64,000 bases of DNA, taken from the NCBI GenBank assembly GCA_043807585.1, contig JAZDFV010000002.1, positions 25,581-89,580 of the forward strand, in the 5' to 3' direction. A program made the translations under genes and the position numbers. Source of the stretch: Candidatus Jorgensenbacteria bacterium. Lineage in GTDB: Bacteria > Patescibacteriota > Minisyncoccia > UBA6257 > GWB1-50-10. The notes under the pieces are model-generated. The model worked only from the letters and a program-made list of their open reading frames with translations. It was not told where the DNA came from and searched no databases. Positions 61,520 to 64,000 of this stretch are shown piece after piece (the stretch's first letter is position 1; each line of letters opens with the position of its first letter).

Positions 61520-61735
61520 ATGAAAAAGAAAGAACTTCACACCTATCGTGAGAAGCCCATGCCGGAAATCGAGAAGGAGATCCGGGAAGCTCGGGCGCGC
61601 CTTGAAGCGCTCAAGTTTGACTTGGTGAGGGGCAAAGTGAAGAATATACGCGAAGTGCGGGCGGTGAAGAAGACCATCGCGCAGCTCCTCACGCTTCGGG
61701 AGGCCAGGGTGCGCGAGGGAACGCACGTTTCATAA
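61520..61735 (+). CDS. rpmC: 50S ribosomal protein L29
   Basis: size, position, KKTIAQLLT. Confidence 0.9.
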   Translation: MKKKELHTYREKPMPEIEKEIREARARLEALKFDLVRGKVKNIREVRAVKKTIAQLLTLREARVREGTHVS

Positions 61736-61739
61736 AACC

Positions 61740-61991
61740 ATGCGAAAGCTTAAAGGCACCATCGTGTCCGATAAAATGACCCGCACCCGGGTGGTGGAGA
61801 TTGCGCGAACGAAGAAGCACCCCCGCTATGAGCGCTACGTTACAGTGACGAAGCGCGTGAAGGCGGACGATCCAAAGAACGAATACAAAACGGGAGAGAT
61901 GGTGGTGATCGAGGAAACCCGGCCGCTCTCCAAGGAAAAGCGGTGGAGAATCGTTGGCTTGGTCCAAAAATCGGAGCCGAAGGCGAAATGA
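61740..61991 (+). CDS. rpsQ: 30S ribosomal protein S17
   Basis: VSDKM, HPRY, ETRPLSK.KRW. Confidence 0.97.
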   Translation: MRKLKGTIVSDKMTRTRVVEIARTKKHPRYERYVTVTKRVKADDPKNEYKTGEMVVIEETRPLSKEKRWRIVGLVQKSEPKAK

Positions 61992-62186
61992 TTTTTGGCT
62001 ACCAAACAACAACCCTGCACATAAATTTATGAACACGGTTTTCAACCAAAAAATGAATAAGATATCGGTCAATCGCTCTGGTTATCGAAAGCGTACGGTT
62101 AAATTTATGTGCGGGGTGCTCATTGTGGTAGCTGAATATTCTTCGCTACGCAGTGAGCTTCGCTTGAATATTCAGACCACAATGGC
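61992..62186 (+). mobile_element. Composite intergenic element (rpsQ-rplN)
   Basis: 106-nt core ACCCTGCACATAAATTT..AAATTTATGTGCGGGGT 62012-62117; ORF ends at 62190 (ATGA overlap). Confidence 0.8.
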
Positions 62187-62552
62187 ATGATCCAAGAACG
62201 TTCCATCATTAAAGTGGCCGACAACAGCGGAGCGAAAACCGTCCGTTGTTTTCGCATCCCTGGGGGAACCCGGAGGCGGTACGCGCGGATTGGCGACATT
62301 CTCGTGGCCTCGGTGCAGGTCGCCGAACCCCGGAAACAGGTAAAGAAGAAGGACATCATCCGCGCCCTCGTGGTGCGTACGCGAAACCCCCTCAGGCGTC
62401 CCGACGGCTCCGTGGTGCGGTTCGATGAAAATGCCGTGGTGCTTGTGGATAAGAAAGAACCTCGCGGGACCCGCGTATTCGGTCCAATCCCGCGGGAAAT
62501 AAAAGAAAAGGGATATGACGCCATCGCGTCGTTGGCGGAGGAACTCGTGTAA
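62187..62552 (+). CDS. rplN: 50S ribosomal protein L14
   Basis: VADNSGAK, FDENAVV, GTRVFGP. Confidence 0.98.
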   Translation: MIQERSIIKVADNSGAKTVRCFRIPGGTRRRYARIGDILVASVQVAEPRKQVKKKDIIRALVVRTRNPLRRPDGSVVRFDENAVVLVDKKEPRGTRVFGPIPREIKEKGYDAIASLAEELV

Positions 62553-62706
62553 CGCGATGCAAAACTATAAATTCATGCGAATCTACAAATATGATACGAA
62601 TATATCCGCATAAATCCGTTTCAATCCGCATAAATCCGTGTTTAGTAAATCAGCGTAAATCAGCGTCCAATAAATCAGCATCAATCCGCGTGTTTAGTAA
62701 AACAAT

Positions 62707-63012
62707 ATGAAAATAAAAAAAGGAGATACCGTAAAAGTGCAAAAAGGAAAAGACCGCGGGAAGAGCGGGAAGGTGGTGCATGTTAACCCGGTCACCGGTC
62801 GTGTCATGGTGGAGGGGTTGAATCTCGTGAAGAAGCACGTGCGCCCGCGCCGGCAGGGCGAGAAAGGCGAGGTAGTGCAGGTGCCGCGTTCCGTCCCCGT
62901 AGCGAACGTGGCGCTCGTCTGCCCGCACTGCAGCGCCGCGACCCGCGTCGGTTTTCGCGCCGAGGAGACCCGAAAGGTGCGGTACTGCAAAAAGTGCCGC
63001 GCGGCGATCTGA
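62707..63012 (+). CDS. rplX: 50S ribosomal protein L24
   Basis: IKKGDTV..GKDRGK.G, VEG.N. Confidence 0.97.
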   Translation: MKIKKGDTVKVQKGKDRGKSGKVVHVNPVTGRVMVEGLNLVKKHVRPRRQGEKGEVVQVPRSVPVANVALVCPHCSAATRVGFRAEETRKVRYCKKCRAAI

Positions 63013-63014
63013 AT

Positions 63015-63548
63015 ATGGCACACCGAACGGCAGGCAAACCAATAGAGAAAGTGGTGGTGAATGTGGGGGTTGGGAAGCTCCGTAGCCAACCGCAGTTTGA
63101 CGAGAAAGTGCTCCCCGAGGTGGCGCAGGAACTCGCGCTCCTCACGGGCCAAAAGCCGGCGCCACGGCAGGCCGCAAAAGCGGTGGCGAGTTTCAAGACC
63201 CGTGAGGGTGATATCGTAGGGTTGCAGGTGACGCTCCGCGGGAAGCGCGCACAGGCGTTCCTCGAAAAACTGGTGCGCCTCATACTCCCGCGCGTGAAGG
63301 ATTTCCGCGGCGTGGATATGAAGAATGTGGACGAAGGGGGCAATCTGAACCTTGGGTTCCGCGAGCAATACGTGTTCCCGGAGATCAACATGGAGAAATC
63401 ACGCACTCACTTTGGCTTGCAGGTGACGGTGGTCCCCGTGGTGCGGGATCGCGTCCGCGCGCTCGAACTCTATCGGTCGCTAGGGGTTCCGCTGAAGGGC
63501 TTGGTTGAAAAATACAAGCCGCAGGCGCCGCGCCCGACTTCGCATTGA
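63015..63548 (+). CDS. rplE: 50S ribosomal protein L5
   Basis: EKVVVNVGVG, TGQKP, VTLRG, LPRVKDFRG, FPEI. Confidence 0.96.
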   Translation: MAHRTAGKPIEKVVVNVGVGKLRSQPQFDEKVLPEVAQELALLTGQKPAPRQAAKAVASFKTREGDIVGLQVTLRGKRAQAFLEKLVRLILPRVKDFRGVDMKNVDEGGNLNLGFREQYVFPEINMEKSRTHFGLQVTVVPVVRDRVRALELYRSLGVPLKGLVEKYKPQAPRPTSH

Positions 63549-63762
63549 CGAAGTCAAGGCGGGCGGGTAGGATTTTTCAACACCAAACCTTCACCGAGCA
63601 CATAAAGCATTATGTTATGAATATGAAGAACAAACACCACGAGGTTGCGCAACCAAGTTCCTTTATGTGCTCGGTGGACATTCGGCTGAGCTCAGTCGAA
63701 GCCCTCGATTCCGTAGATAAATTTTCATCGTCCGCTAACTCGAAAATTTATACATAATCGGC
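63549..63762 (+). mobile_element. Composite intergenic element (rplE-rpsN)
   Basis: core ACCGAGCACATAAAG..CTTTATGTGCTCGGT 63593-63675; 5' hairpin begins inside the rplE 3' end; ORF ends at 63757. Confidence 0.75.
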
Positions 63763-63948
63763 ATGGCCAAAACATCCGTCATTGCACGATCCAAAAAGCA
63801 GCCGAAGTTTTCCACCCGCGTGGTTCGGCGGTGCTTCCGCTGCGGGCGGAAGCGCGGCTATATGCGCGATTTCAATCTCTGTCGCATTTGCTTCCGCGAG
63901 TTCGCGAGCCGCGGTGAAATTCCCGGGGTGAAAAAAGCGTCATGGTAA
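63763..63948 (+). CDS. rpsN: 30S ribosomal protein S14 (Zn-binding type Z)
   Basis: [21 protein letters not shown]. Confidence 0.97.
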   Translation: MAKTSVIARSKKQPKFSTRVVRRCFRCGRKRGYMRDFNLCRICFREFASRGEIPGVKKASW

Positions 63949-64000
63949 GGGCTTTGTTCGAAATTGCGAGCCACAGGCGAAGAAATTTCGATGACAAAAC
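63949..64000 (+). mobile_element. 5' hairpin of a further composite element, truncated by the window end
   Basis: GGGCTTTGTTCGAAATT..AATTTCGATGACAAAAC mirrors the starts at 57605, 59031 and 61299. Confidence 0.7.

Overview
Chromosomal segment of a Patescibacteria/CPR (Parcubacteria-like) bacterium, genetic code 11. This assignment is inferred from gene content, shortened AlaS/L3/L5, a CPR-type Cys-rich protein, pilin-LamG genes and mostly SD-less starts. Housekeeping genes dominate: 3' rpoC, rpsF-ssb-rpsR, parAB, groESL, thyX, dnaG-rpoD-alaS, efp, murC, mnmA, comEC, aspS-ndk-nfo, and the str/S10/spc ribosomal clusters. There are three tRNAs (Leu-CAA, Ser-GGA, Pro-GGG). Five non-routine layers stand out. 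(1) An RT-less diversity-generating retroelement cassette: target gene VR 42651-42756 and TR 43096-43201, with 12/12 mismatches at TR adenines. (2) Composite palindromic elements between most ribosomal-protein genes, each carrying a 31-52 aa mini-ORF that ends on or just before the next start codon. (3) Several families of short palindromes and MITEs, inserted in frame in essential proteins (about 8 in mnmA) or intergenically with T-N-N-A target duplications. (4) Duplicated, synonymously recoded gene ends beside such palindromes (tuf, mnmA, pilin, Cys-rich gene). (5) Orphan tRNA 3' halves bounding low-GC cargo. No rRNA, CRISPR array, integrase, transposase or reverse transcriptase gene was seen.
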